From: Cenococcum geophilum
Lineage: Eukaryota
NCBI GenBank assembly: GCA_050273025.1
Contig: CP158636.1
Location: 11,966,001-12,030,000 of the forward strand
DNA length: 64,000 nt
Direction: 5' to 3'
The notes beneath the pieces were generated by a model. It was not told the DNA's origin and did no database searches. It saw nothing but the letters and a program-made list of their open reading frames with translations. Positions 51,358-64,000 of this stretch are shown here, one piece after another. Position numbers and translations under genes: made by a program. How positions within the stretch are numbered: position 1 is the stretch's first letter; every line of letters starts with the position of its first letter.

Positions 51358-54338
51358 ATGTCAAAGATAGCCAAGTTAGCACGGACGATCTCTGACCGGA
51401 AAATGGCTTCTTCGCGGCATCAGGCTCAAAGGCGATATTCTAAGGACAATATCGAAGAGAAGTTTCAACAGCTCAAAAAGGACGTTCCCGAACTCGAAGA
51501 TTGCGCCTCACCAATTATCGCCGTCATCCTAGATGAAGTCGGCCAACGAAAGCTCATCAAAAAGTTCATAGATGACGGCGTTTCGGACATTTGGCTTCCG
51601 CTTAATGAACGCACTATCCCCCACCACTTGAGTCCTTCTGCACACCAAAACTTCTTGGAAGAACAGAACAATTTCCTGGAAGAAGCACCTAATTTAGAGT
51701 CCACCGAACATTGCCATCTTACCAAAGCCCATCTCGCCAACGACCATCCCACGTTACCCAAAAGTTTAGAGTTTTCAGCCTATCTCGGAGAAGGAGGCTA
51801 TGGATACGTCTACGAAGTTTGCAATGAATCCGGGAAGAAGTATGCCTTGAAAAAGATTCTCCGGCCACAAACTTTCCGGGAGGCAAAGGAGACAATGAAA
51901 TTTATAACAATGGAGTTAAATGTCTTGAGAAGGATACACCATCATCACTTTGTTCAGCTAGTAGGCAGCTATACAGACGAGAAGCACGTTGGCTTGCTCA
52001 TGTCACCAGTCGCTGATTACAACCTCAGCGACTACTTAGACGAGATTCAAATCACGAGAGCTACGCAGAACTTGATGGCGACCTTTTTTGGTTGTTTAGC
52101 TGGCGCCCTCACCGCCCTACATTATTCCTACCATATCCGCCACAAGGATATTAAACCTAAGAACATTCTGATCAAGGGCCAAAATATCTTGCTGACGGAC
52201 TTTGGAATGGCTCTAGACTGGAACGAAAGTGGGCAAACTACAACAAACCAGGAGCAACGCAGGAGCCCTAAGTATTGTGCCCCTGAAACTGCGGAAGGAG
52301 AGTCAAGAAATTCGAAAGCTGATATTTGGTCTCTTGGATGCGTATTTCTTGAAATTGTTACAGTCCTAAAAGGACAAAATAGGAAAAGCATGAAAGACTT
52401 TTTCAATAGCAATGGCTCTAGGAGTGACTTTTTCCGCCTTAACCAAGACGCCGTGGTAGGGTGGATAAGGAAGCTGAAAGAGAAAGAGTTAAGATGTGGA
52501 AACTTGCCTCTAGAATGGACTGAGAAGATGCTGCAAAGACAACCTCCTGACCGCCCTAATGCACGGGAACTTATGGACTTTATACTGGACTCGAAGAAAG
52601 AAGATGGAATGACCTTCTGGGGAGATTGTTGCGGAGGCGATGGCTTGAATCATAATACGGATGATTTTCATTTATCCGATGTAAGCGATCTGCAACTTTC
52701 AGGAGCGTGTAGCTAGAATGTTAATAGTAGCAAACCCTACCTTAGCGAGCGGAGACTTCAGGGAGCCTGACCCAGACGGCCGTCACGCGCTACGTAGAGT
52801 CCGTTACGATCGAGGATGAGGGCGCGGTTCAAGAGTTACTATACGAGGGGTTTGATAAACATGGGTTTGATTTTAGGCGCCCAGGAAGGAACGGGTTACA
52901 CTGGGCAGTTAGAAATGGCAAGACTGCGGCGGTACGGCTGCTCTTACAAAATGGGGTAAATTTCAAGATCAGGGATGAGACCAAAGAGCGGTGGACGGTG
53001 TTACACATCGCAGCTGACAAGGGTCACACTGACGTCTTGCGCGTCCTACTGGAACATATTAGCGTTGATGAAAAGAGCCTTTCAGGATGGACAGCCCTTC
53101 ACTGTGCAGTTAAGAACGGGAATCCAGAGGCAGCGGATATCCTGCTAAAACACGGAGCTGACGCGAATGCAGCAGAAGGCTCTGGATGGACGTCGCTACA
53201 CTGCGCGGCCGAGAATGGATTCGAGGAAGTAGCACAACTGTTACTTGATAATCGAGCGACTATTGATGCGGAGAGCCATTCCGGCATGACACCACTCCAT
53301 AAAGCAGCTGTGCATGGATGGTATTCTATAGCGAACCTTTTGCTTAAACACGGCGCTGTCGTTGACAGAAAAGGTTATCACATGCGAACGGCATTGCATA
53401 TGGCAACTATAGCAGGACATCCTCAGATCGCAAGGCGTCTAATTGAAGAAGGGTTTGACATTGATGCCAAGGACGAAACGGGCATTACGCCACTGCAGAT
53501 GGCTGCCGCTCAGGGACACCGTGAAGTCGTGCAGTTACTCCTAAACAAGAACGCCCAAATTAACTTAACCAATGATTTTGGACAGACAGCGTTATTCCAA
53601 GCAGTGGTAAATCGCCACGGGCCAATCGTACAACTTCTGGTCGAGAGAGGAGCTGATCGCAACAAGGGTAATCTGCACGGATGGACACCGCTGCATATGG
53701 CGATTGATGGGGGTTATGACGAATTTGTGGGTCAGTTGCTGGACGGAGCTAACCTTGAGCTACAGAGTGGCGATGGACGAACGATATTACACACCGCGGC
53801 CGAGAACGGGAACACGTCTGTGACCAAGCTTCTGTTAGATAGCGGCGCCAACATTGAAGCGAAAGATTGGAAAGGTTGGACGCCTCTACACTGGGCTGCT
53901 CATATGGGAAAGAGTGATGTTACAGAGCTGTTACTTGAGAGGGGAGCAAATAAGGACGCAAAGAACCATACAGGTCAAACGCCCTTCCAGTGCGCCGAGG
54001 GTGGGGAGCGCAAGGCCCTGCCAGGGCCACCAAAAGGAAAGCAGAGCGCCAAGGAGAACGACGGGCCCGATGCGGAGTGGTCTGATACGGATGGGTCTAG
54101 TACGCTTCCTGCTGCTGATGCGGATAGGCCCGATACTCCTCCGGCTACTGATGTGGATGGGCCTGATACACTCCCTGCTGGTTACGTGTTTGTTGATGTG
54201 CCTGCTACTGATCCTGATACTAATGCGCCTACTGCTATTGCGCCTGTTACCCCACCTAATGGGGGACTTCAAGGGCAGGTTATCGGCAGAATGCTGTGGG
54301 AGGGTAGATCACCCTATTTTCTTAGAGGCAAGTTTTAA
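51358..54338 (+). CDS. Ser/Thr kinase fused to ankyrin repeats (kinase B; exons 51358-52680, 52746-54338)
   Basis: Motifs GEGGYG, YALK, HKDIKPKN, DFG and YCAPE. A phase-0 intron GTAAGC...CCTTAG (52681-52745) joins the kinase to an ORF with 11 full and one partial ankyrin repeat. That ORF has no ATG before its first repeats. Confidence 0.82.
54084..54182 (+). repeat. 3 x 33-bp coding repeat in the tail of the ankyrin exon
   Basis: DTDGSSTLPAA / DADRPDTPPAT / DVDGPDTLPAG. Confidence 0.8.
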
Positions 54339-55209
54339 AACAAGTAACTAATTCACTTTGCAAGAGAGAGAGAAAGCCATAAAGTAGTTAATAGAATCAA
54401 TAGAATTAAAGCTCCGTAATAGAAACAAAATAAGGTTGTATAATCTGCTAATTTCTATATATACTTAATCTTTAGAGTTAACTCGCTTAGGATACAGTGG
54501 CTAACATTTATTACTTTTATAAAATGGAATTTCGTAAATAGCTAAATAGAGTCCTTAGAGCTGTATCCCTAGGACTCCAACGTGCGAAGGGATAGGAGCG
54601 ATCGATAGCATATATAAGTTCCCTGATAGGAGGAACACTACCGCCTTGAAAGTTAACAAACCTAGATCGTAAGTATGTCAAAGGGAGTGTTAGTAATTGT
54701 GATAGTGTATTCGCTCTGTTCATCTCTCCTCAGATCTCAAGGTGTAATTTTTATTTTGCTATAGCACTTGTTCATCTTAGATCAGATAGTTGGTGGAGGG
54801 CTGCCCGTATAAAAACTTGCGATAGGGAACTCGCCTAATATAATGCTCTAAAATTGCGTCTAATTCAAGTGAATCTGAAGTGAAATGAGCTAGACTGTGA
54901 AGTTCGCGAATATGACCGCCCTTCCAGCACTCTTGATAAAGGGTCCCTTCTACTCCTTCATCCTCTGACCGATGCCACCACCTATCTCCTCTCTCAAAGT
55001 CGAATTTCAACAAACGCAGCTCTACGATAGCCAGGTTCATCTCTAGTTAGTTGAGCTAATTCCACCCCGGCTCCTTAGACGTCATTCCTCTCTCATCTCT
55101 CCTCTGAAACCGGGCTTACTCTAGAGAATAAGTGGTAACAGCCCTTTTAAACAAAATCTTAACTTCGGACATCTCAACGTCGATCTGTAGATTGTCAGGT
55201 ATTTCCGTT

Positions 55210-56542
55210 ACCCAGCCATGACACTCCTGACAATTTGTTGATCTCTCGCGCTAAATGAGACCCCGAGATTCGATTGACCTACAAGAGAAAGTCCTCAAGA
55301 GAGAATTCCTGGTCCCCTGAATGGAATATCGGGACGACTTCTTGATGCACACCAGAGAGGAAATGGGCGGAAAGAAGCGGCTTTCGTGTAAGGCCATGGC
55401 TAAGCTGTTCAATGACGAGTTAGAACTTGGCTGATCCTCGAAATACATAGCCAATGGACGTAATCTACTTGACAAAAATCATTGGCAATGGAACGATTAT
55501 CATCTGCGATTGTACCCGTCCGCTAAGAACTTCGAAGGGATGAGCAGTTGTCCAAGACGGCACCTTCACGTTTCTTTACTATCTTGTGCGATGCCTGAGA
55601 GATCAGTGCAACGCCTACGAAGTTGATTGGCGCATGAAGCTTGAGCCCTTGGCACGGCTTGTTGAGAAGGAAAGCCAGGACAAGCAGCGGCATCAAACAT
55701 CTTCGGAGGACGGCAGGTGGCAGACAGATACAAGCACATTGGTCCAAGGACGACGCAACCACTCGACGCAACCACCCAGCACAACATCAGAGTCACAGGC
55801 TCGCTGTAACAAATCATCCGGTGTCCTAATTCTTGCCGAGCGCACAGTCACTACTGCAATCAAACTCTCAGAAAGTGAGAGTGATGCTGAAATGGCTGAC
55901 TCAAGTGGCGATGTTCCACTAATTCTTCGCACAAGGGTACTAAGGCCTGCGGCGTCAAAGCAAGCTGTCCAATACTGCAGAAGTAGGAGACGCCGTGACG
56001 GAGGTCTCAGCTGATGACGATGGCAGACCCAGCTCTATTAACTCCGAGGATATAGAGCAGTTGCACGCTGCGTACTCTCCGGCCTATAATGTTACCACTG
56101 AAGGCTCAATCGACGGTGGAAGTGAAGCTGGCGACTGCCTCGTCTCTAGCATGCTGGACTATATTAGCTTGGAAAAATTGTCAAATCCTCTGACTGATGA
56201 GCCTCCAGCACAGACAGCAACCATGATAGCGGACTATGTCTTTATCCTCTACGATGGGCAATACAGGATTGCCAAGTACCAGCAGGAGGTGGATGAAAAG
56301 GGATCGGACGATAAGCTTGCTTGGAGGCTGAAGCAGCGTAAGCCGAATTATGAATCTGCGCGGATGGAATTGATTCGACTGTACAGCAGTGAATTGGAAC
56401 CGGAGTTGACGGCAGAGTTCCCAATAATCGACGAGGACCAAGCGGTGTTATCGACCTAACATTTGGCGCGAATGAAGACAGCGATGGTGAGTATAAAGTG
56501 TTTGGAGAAGCCGTTGCGGAAGCCATTTCAATGGAAATGTAA
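55210..56542 (+). pseudogene. Fragmented orphan gene
   Basis: Successive coding-like frames (REFLVP*MEYRDDF..., 55586-56014, 55995-56459, then a shifted tail ending at 56542) are separated by stops and frameshifts. Confidence 0.4.
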
Positions 56543-57327
56543 TCGCATGCAGAGAGAAGCATCATAGATGGCAAAGTGGATTGGTAAATGGACTAAGAGA
56601 TAGTTAAAGGAATACCGATGTCGATGCGGCGTTTCTGAAAGATGAAAAGAGTCAGTGTTTAGGTACCAAATTGCGCCAATGTCGTGAGGAGTGCCTGGCG
56701 CTTTGTTTGAGCGTAGTAAACACCAAAGGGCCGGTGAGATTATTGAAATGCTGCAAAAATGAATGGGATTTCGTGGTAAGACTGTACTATTTCAAGGTAA
56801 AGTCTTGGAATCTTGTCATTTGGCTTCTCTGAACCGGACTATGGCAAGCGGCACGATCCGCGAATTTTCTTCTTCTATATAAACGAAAGGTACAACATGG
56901 CACTGTGAAAGGTAGTGGAATAGGCTACTGCCTAAGAAACATGTGAACGCAAAGCATCCTCAATGTCTTCTTCTTTCCTTCAAGTGTGCCGGACCATGGT
57001 CTCCCCAAAATATGCCTCATCTGTTACCTCTCCCCTAAAATAAGGCTCACTAATGCTGGAGGATGTGAAACAGTTCTAAGTTTCAAATCCCCCACCATAC
57101 GACAAGCTAACTCAGAAGGCACGACCAAGCAGAAGTAAGATCTTAGAGCTATATCTGATATCGCTCTCTGACTCGATATAGTCACACTCCCAAAAGAGGA
57201 CACAACTGGTATCCAAGTTTGTGATCATCGAGATATCGAAGAGAGCCCGTCGAAACTGTGATCGGAGGATCTTTGCTTTGTCATTCCGATAACGAGTGTT
57301 TAAAATAATCATTTCGTGATGCATATT

Positions 57328-58650
57328 TCAGCTTCCATCAATATAGAACTGGTAAGGCAATTCCCCAGGCCCCGGGTTAGGATTTAACCTAATTACAGAT
57401 TGCGCCGAGCGTAGTGATGACGAAGACGAGTTTGGTAATCCAGAAGATGGGCTCCTAGCAACTGATGCAATTCTAACAGATCTCATGGAATCATTGGAGA
57501 GAGTTCGAGGTATCGTCTGTGTTTCCGAACTAACAGGACGCGCCCTTGATGGTGCCATTCGAAGCGTTCCTGGACTGTCACTCCGGTCACTATACGAAGA
57601 CGTGCTACGTGCGTAGGCAGAATTATTTCCTGCTGTCGCACGTGGGGTACGGTAATGAACAGCTGAGCTTGTAGAGCTGTGCGACAAGTCAGATAGCGCA
57701 AGGCTTTGAGTCTCGGACTCTGATTCTGCTGCTTGAATTTCGGCGAGAAGGGTCGGGTCAAGTTCGGTCATGCCACTTAGTATGCCCGTAAACACGGACA
57801 TGAGGCTTCGGAACTCGGGCTCCGTGAGTGCTGAAGCAGAGAATCTTGCGTATTCATACTGAGAAAGAAATTTGATACCAAGCGCGGGCGGGTTGATAAG
57901 TCCAAAAGAAGACAGTCGGCCCAGGTAGTCGCGCAAGCCCATCGCCGCTGGCCGCTGAAGAAGCGCTACAGCTTGCGCATCCGGTATCACCTGGGTATTA
58001 TCATGGGTGTGCAGTTGTGTGCCCAGCGCTGGGTCTGGAGGCGCGAGAGAGACTGCCTTAGCCTCAATTAGATTTGGCAGCTCGAGAATGACACTCCAGA
58101 AGTTCAAGTGTGGGAAATCCTCAGTAGCTGGAGAAAACCATCCCGGATGAGCTATGTGTCCCCAAGGAGGCGATGAATCGGAGACGTGTATGATAGTCGC
58201 GTCGTGTGCATGGCTACGACGCTTGAAGGTAGGATGGGCGCGTTCCGCCGTAGACGGTCTTGTTCCTGTTCTCCCATCGCCCTGTATTTCTCCACGAGTA
58301 TCTCTTGGCTTTGAATCCCATGCAATGATGGCGCTTCTCTTTAAGTTCTTCAGAATCATACGCCGCACCATCTTGCCCACCTCGCCATTCTCAACAGGTA
58401 TGTACGCCTTCGGTATCCCTGCTAGAACACTTCGATTTGTATAGAGTCTAGTCGCATAGATCAGGATGGTGATGAGGAAGGTGAGGACATAGACGCCGGC
58501 AACGATGAAAATCTTCTGGATGTCATTGCTTCGAATAGACTGGTATATAGTATCGGCCGGTGTGACTCCCAGGAGGATAATGAGGATAAAGAAGAGGAGT
58601 GTATAAGTAGTACTGTACCAGATGCGGAATAGAGGGATGCGCATATGCAT
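57328..58650 (-). CDS. DLT1: Defect at low temperature protein 1-like membrane protein
   Basis: RIWYSTTYTLL..VTPAD, two N-terminal TM helices, RLYTNRSVLAGIPKAYIP, HPGWFSP and YEYARFS. Intronless, 440 aa. Confidence 0.8.
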   Translation of the reverse strand: MHMRIPLFRIWYSTTYTLLFFILIILLGVTPADTIYQSIRSNDIQKIFIVAGVYVLTFLITILIYATRLYTNRSVLAGIPKAYIPVENGEVGKMVRRMILKNLKRSAIIAWDSKPRDTRGEIQGDGRTGTRPSTAERAHPTFKRRSHAHDATIIHVSDSSPPWGHIAHPGWFSPATEDFPHLNFWSVILELPNLIEAKAVSLAPPDPALGTQLHTHDNTQVIPDAQAVALLQRPAAMGLRDYLGRLSSFGLINPPALGIKFLSQYEYARFSASALTEPEFRSLMSVFTGILSGMTELDPTLLAEIQAAESESETQSLALSDLSHSSTSSAVHYRTPRATAGNNSAYARSTSSYSDRSDSPGTLRMAPSRARPVSSETQTIPRTLSNDSMRSVRIASVARSPSSGLPNSSSSSLRSAQSVIRLNPNPGPGELPYQFYIDGS

Positions 58651-59259
58651 ATTTCGGAAGAATTACATGATGCTTTTAGGGCTTCAGGATACTTAGATGT
58701 ACGATGGGGATGCAACTATGCTTGCATCATTGGGCCGCTCCGTATCTTCCGATTCCGTATCATCGCGCTTGGAAATAGCAACATTACGCAACTTTTGCTG
58801 GTTGAACGGCCGCGTACCAAATTACATTTGAAGAAAAGAAAGACTTATGCAGAGGGGGAAGATATAGAATATTAAATATTAAAGGTTACGCTATAATTTT
58901 AGTTCAATACGCGAGGTTTTAACTTGGAAACTAAAGTATTTGCAATTGTCTAATTAATTAATTATATTCGAACCTCTACTCACTAAGAATAATTTTAGTG
59001 ACTTTCAAAGTAAGTTTATCTATAGATCTTGTGAATGGCGATTGAGTCTTTGCCGAAACCACAGCCATTTCCCATATTATTGGCTGCCTATCTCTATTGC
59101 AACTGATCTTTCCTCGGTCGTGACAAATGCAGCAACCGCTCGCAACAACCACATAGAACATTATAGCTTCCTAGGGAACGCCTCAAACAATAGTCTCTGA
59201 TACCTTCGTACTAAGCAGCCTACGGTTTCTGTTCGATATCAGCCATGCCAGTTTCCTTG

Positions 59260-60083
59260 TCAACGACATAAGATATCCTGCTCTCCGGAGTCATATGAGC
59301 CATATTTTATATCCCATCCTGATGCCCTGTACTTGCGCTCAAATGAAGTTCGTCCCATTTCGTCATCATCGTCCATACACACACCCATTTGGCCAGTAGC
59401 TAGCTGTGGCGGGGGTCGACGGAGAAAGAAAAGGGACTTCTTGACTTTGACGCCCGCAGCTCCGAGCATCTTTGATTGCATGTATGTATTATAAGCACCC
59501 ATTTCAGCATCGGTATGCTCTATTCCGTCGTCTGTGGAATATATATTGTCTCTAAATCCAGCCGAACCGGACCAAAACCCCAACTTGACGCAATACGGCA
59601 CTATGAGTGAGAACACTTAAGTGCTGGAAGCTTGCTGACGATGCTTTCAGCTCTCATTTGCAAACGCTGTTCTGTGTGGCAAGATGGCCCAAGGATAGAG
59701 TTGAATTCGAATCATCCGAGTCGCCTGCAGAGCACTGCTAATTCATCATCCAAGAAGGGGGGGTTAAAATGGCGTGGTGCACTTTCCCAACTCGATACAT
59801 CATCGACGTATTTGCTATGAAAGGATATATGAGCCGATATATTTGCGATGTATCTACAGTTAGAGCCAAATATCAATCGGGCGGTTGGGAACGAGGGCAC
59901 ACTCGTAAATTCGATTACGCAGCTCTCCAGGGAGATGCATAAAATGAGAGTGTGGAGGATCCGCTCCAGCTGCAACATATCGATAATTAATATAAGAGTA
60001 AAGGGATGCCTGGTGCTTTGGACGAGGTGATTCACCACCGTCGATTGGGTTGAGAACTAGATATCTCAATGATTGAATCATGT
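59260..60083 (-). pseudogene. Degenerate F-box-like gene
   Basis: FMHLPGELRNRIYECAL matches the F-box-like N-terminal motif common in fungi. It is followed at once by a stop and by frame-shifted fragments. Confidence 0.5.
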
Positions 60084-60705
60084 CTATCGCCGCCTTATAT
60101 CACTTCTTTAAGGCCTCGATCTCTATATCTTTCGCATTTAATTTGTCCGTAAGAACTCGGTTTTATATTTCGAGAACGTGTTTCTCCATCGGGTCGTCGT
60201 CACCTCTCAGGGGGGCTGTGCCATGACAATTTTAATTTTGCCCGTTGAGGTGCAAAGGTGTGACTGATACCGGATAGAAGATGCGGAGCCCGGAGTGGAG
60301 TCAGACATTGTCGAGCAAGGTGCAAAAGACGTGTTAGGTGGCAATGGGAAAGCGTTGACACAACAGTTGAGTGCTAGGCAGTGGGTGTGTTAGAAGATCT
60401 AAGAAAAAAGGAAAATATCTTGCAGAAGAATGCGCAGTGTGTAATGGTGGAGACAAAGCGAGACGTTTTTGGTGAATTAAGAATAAAGGTAGCACGCGGA
60501 TGTATTCACCTATTTAATGCGCCATTTAAAATTGCACGAAGCCCAGCAGATTCCTACTGGACACGATCAGAAGACGCCCGGCTAATGTATGCGAAAACAA
60601 GCTTTCGCGTAAGACGAAGATTGGATGAGTTTGGCTTCGCCCAAATCCTCCAAAACGTAATCTGCATACCCCTCGCAACGCGTCATCATATGATATGCCC
60701 ACTTT

Positions 60706-63700
60706 CTATGAAAGGTCAAACCCAGCCCCGGAAAATACCGAGTAAAGTAACTTTTCCTTTAGTACATCCTCATCAGTGTACATTGGAAGTTTCAACAGGT
60801 TCACACAAGTACTCGTGCTTGGCAGCCTCTCCTGGTTACTGCCCGCATCCCTGATACTGAATCGAGGACTTAGCGTGCCAAAGCCCAGCAAGGGTGCTCG
60901 AGGTGTCGATGTCACAAATTTGAGCACGGCACGCCTTTCACCATCACTCAGTTGTTCCATGACGCGCCAGAAAATTTGGATGGTTGGATGTTCGAGCCCG
61001 TCATCACCGATAACATAGACGCCTCCATATTGAGTATTGCGGCGTAGGTCATCGATGTCTATAGAGGAAGATGTACCGCCTATTAATGTCTGTAGTTCGC
61101 TGTGGTTGAACATGCTTAACCATGATGGCTGAATCATAGTAGCAAGGCCTCGGAGGAAGGCTGTAGTTTGAAGATAAGGTTGATTTTGTAGGCGATGACG
61201 AGCCATGTACGAAATATACATGAGGCGATTTTGATTCGTAACAAGAGTGTTGGAGCCGTTTGTTTTGAGATCCTTTGTGATGGTTTTCGTAGCACCTGTA
61301 TGCCGGTCGATTGTGACAGTGTCTGTAACAGTGAAGTTGAGTGAGAAGTCTTCTACATCTCCGGTGTAGTTCTTTAGTTGGTGCTACGAATGGAGTCAGT
61401 CGTAATCATTTGGAAGTTGATGGATAAGACCTGCTTACCAAGCCCTGATACAGTCCCTCATCAAGGTCACGGAGATCATTAAGAGTGGCGCGGTATCCCG
61501 ACTCCTTGGGGGCTGAACCAGTTCCACCTGTCAAAGCCCACTTTCGAAGAAAGAAAGGTGCGAAATTGACATCCACAAGGATACCTTCATACAAACACTT
61601 TCCAATGATGCGGCCGAGAAACTCGTAGCGCTGTAACAGCTCCGTTACCTGAGTTCGGAATTCGATTGAATTTTCTGGTATTCCAGCCAGCCTCAAAAGT
61701 TCCTTCTGCTCCTCGACAGCCGACGGATTCGCATAGAGGAGATGCTGATCGTTTTCCACGAAAAGATCAATTCCGTCCGATGGGTTGAATGCCTGGTGCG
61801 TGACACTGGTCAAGAATTCCTTCGTGACACCACCGCCATCGATACCCGCTTCAACTGTATCAAACTGATCCACAAAAGTTATCTGAATCGGCTCCTTAAG
61901 GCCCTGTCCAAGGGGATAAAATTGTTCAAATGCATCATCAAACTCGTGCTCACGACGAATTTTTGCGTGGTGTTTTTCGTATTGTTGCGGTGCATCAGGA
62001 CGACGCATCATTGCCAAGCGCCAAGTATCGGCATCAACATGGCCCCTTCGCTTGTTCTGGCAGTTGATATTAGCTTGATTTCCGAACTTAATTACAAATA
62101 ATCACAAACTCACCATGTCTAGAGTGACGAATTCGCGGAATATTTGCACTCGGGTTGTAAAGGGAATGAAAAAGGGCATGTTTTGAAGGATTTCTAAGCG
62201 AGGTGCAACAGCCTGTAGATAGCGCCTCCTTGAAGCCTTTCGCTGCTGCCGCTGGAGTCGTTCGAGTCGTCGAGCCTGTTGGGTCCGACTAGTGCCTATA
62301 AGTTGTGGAGAAGCTTCGTAGTCTTCATCATCATCGTCCTTGTTTATGTCTTCAGCGTCTTCTTCCTCAATTCTGTGTCTGCTCTCCTCTTCTTGGACGA
62401 CAGATGGAATAAAGCCTCCCATGTCAAATCTTGAGGTCATTAGCCAGTGGTCAGTTGGTAAAAACTTACGACGAGAGTCACGCTCGTAGACCATGCGAAG
62501 AAGACCAGTGACAAGGCCTTTGACATAGTCAATGCTTAAGCCTGCCACACCACCCACTGAGGGTTCAGTTGGTTTTGGCTCCGGTTGTGATAACTCGGAA
62601 ATTCGTCGAGCGCTGCTAGAGAAACTAAAACCGCTAATACTAGCACTACTTGAATCACGTTCTTCCGTGCTGGCAATATCGGAGGCGTTAAAATATAGCG
62701 TGAACCCGAGATTCTTCAGGAAAGTCGTCAAGGCCTTTACTTCTCCAAGCGGTAAGGCATTTTCACGGGTCATAGTAGAGCTTACGGGAGAAGTTCTTGT
62801 GAAATCTATATTTCCACCGGAGAAAAACTCCTCATCGTCCGTGACTTTGAGTACGAATGTATAGAGTTCCAGAAAGACAAGGATTACTCTCCATTCATCT
62901 TCAACCAATGAGGTTGTGTCCCGATCCGAATACGGGGTTTTCCAACCATGCTTTGTCCCTGGGCCTTTTGGTTTAAGAAAATTGATAGCTGCACGGGAAT
63001 CTCGAGTGATCGAGTTAAATACTGATGAGTTTTTTGTGGCCTGCCAGAAGTACTTGATGGCAGGTAAGCTCTTCGACGGCCCGTCAGAGCTGGAAGACGT
63101 AGGACCAAGGTATAGCCACATCCGTATTTCATCCCCCCGGCGAGGAAAGAAGCGAAGTAGGGCGAGGGCATAGTTTGCCAGTTGCCTAGCCTCCTCAACT
63201 TTGTCTTCTCCTGATGCCGACGCTGTTCGTGAGGAACTCGACAACAAGCTGCCAACGCTCTCTTGATTAACCAGGGACATGATCTGTTCTCGCACAAATT
63301 CGTTGATTGAAAGCTCGTATGATGGCGAAATCTCATCCGTTTGATCAGCGTCATGTATCTGACCGTCAATGATATTGTTTGGCAAGGAATTGAGGAGTGA
63401 CGAGACCACGGAAACGAAATCTTTGTGCGAGGAGTAAGCTTGCGGGCTGTGGAAGTCATGAACATAACGGTGAAAGTATATGAAGCAACCCAAAAGTCGG
63501 GCTCGATTTCGGCTCTCGACCAACTCTGGATAAGCAACAAAGCTCGAGGTTTTGAGTAGAGTGACTAATGCGCTCGCAAGAAGTTTATAATTAACACGGT
63601 CTGCCAGTGAGTTAAGCAAGCTGTTCACTGGAGTTGGAGACGTAGAATTATTTTGTTGAGTGAGCACTGGAATAACCATGAAAGTACATGCAAAAGCCTC

Positions 63701-64000
63701 ATATGCATTGAGTGTATATCCAGTGACCGTTTTCATAGGTGACATTGTTGTCTCCATAATGAGGGTTAAAGGCGCCGCTCCGGCACCAGGAAAACCCAGG
63801 TCGTCTGCTGGTTGGCGCCATGTCGATGAAGTCTTTTGCGCCACCATCGCGATAGTGCGATAGAATTGCTTCGCGTTTTGAGCTGTTTCAGTAGGAATCT
63901 GCCCGGCCAAGAAGTTGAGGATGACCATAAGCACGTTACAGCTACTCCAGTCACAATTACGTGATCGTAAACGATGCTCCAAAATTGGCAAGACTAATCT
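60706..64000 (-). CDS. HUL5: HECT E3 ubiquitin ligase, HUL5/UBE3C type, 5'-partial (exons >64000-62114, 62056-61439, 61383-60706)
   Basis: ILQNMPFFIPFTTRV, EAGIDGGGVTKEFL, LKFVTSTPRAPLLGF, catalytic LPSTSTCVNLLKLP and terminal GAGFDLS; two canonical introns. Confidence 0.92.

Noticed and set aside
54517..55040. Short minus-strand ORFs (68 and 87 aa)
   Set aside because: Possibly pseudogene remnants, but there is no motif or splice model to support a call.
36950..57250. Intact Starship element
   Set aside because: No DUF3435-type recombinase or bounding repeats were recognised.

Overview
Genomic DNA from a filamentous ascomycete (Pezizomycotina, probably a Dothideomycete; short GT-AG introns). 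It alternates AT-rich blocks of RIP-mutated transposons with GC-balanced gene blocks. Bases 1-22250 are a five-deep nest whose four inner insertions each have a matching target-site duplication: Helitron > non-autonomous TIR element (2-bp TSD) > Gypsy chromovirus > Copia > non-coding LTR element. Bases 22369-36892 hold ERG27, a CM1/centrosomin-motif protein, DSC2, a MACPF-like protein with a possible lectin tail, a WBP2-like protein and a peroxisomal thiolase. Bases ~37000-57000 form an accessory island: orphan genes and pseudogenes, a second RIPed Gypsy carrying an unRIPed MITE, and a head-to-head pair of paralogous kinases, one spliced to ~11-12 ankyrin repeats. DLT1, an F-box-like pseudogene and a HUL5/UBE3C-type HECT ligase close the window. 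The best candidates for new biology are the divergent kinase / kinase-ankyrin pair, the signal-peptide-less MACPF-like protein, and a Copia element densely coated with a TTACGG/CCGTAA motif. All calls were made by eye, with no database searches.
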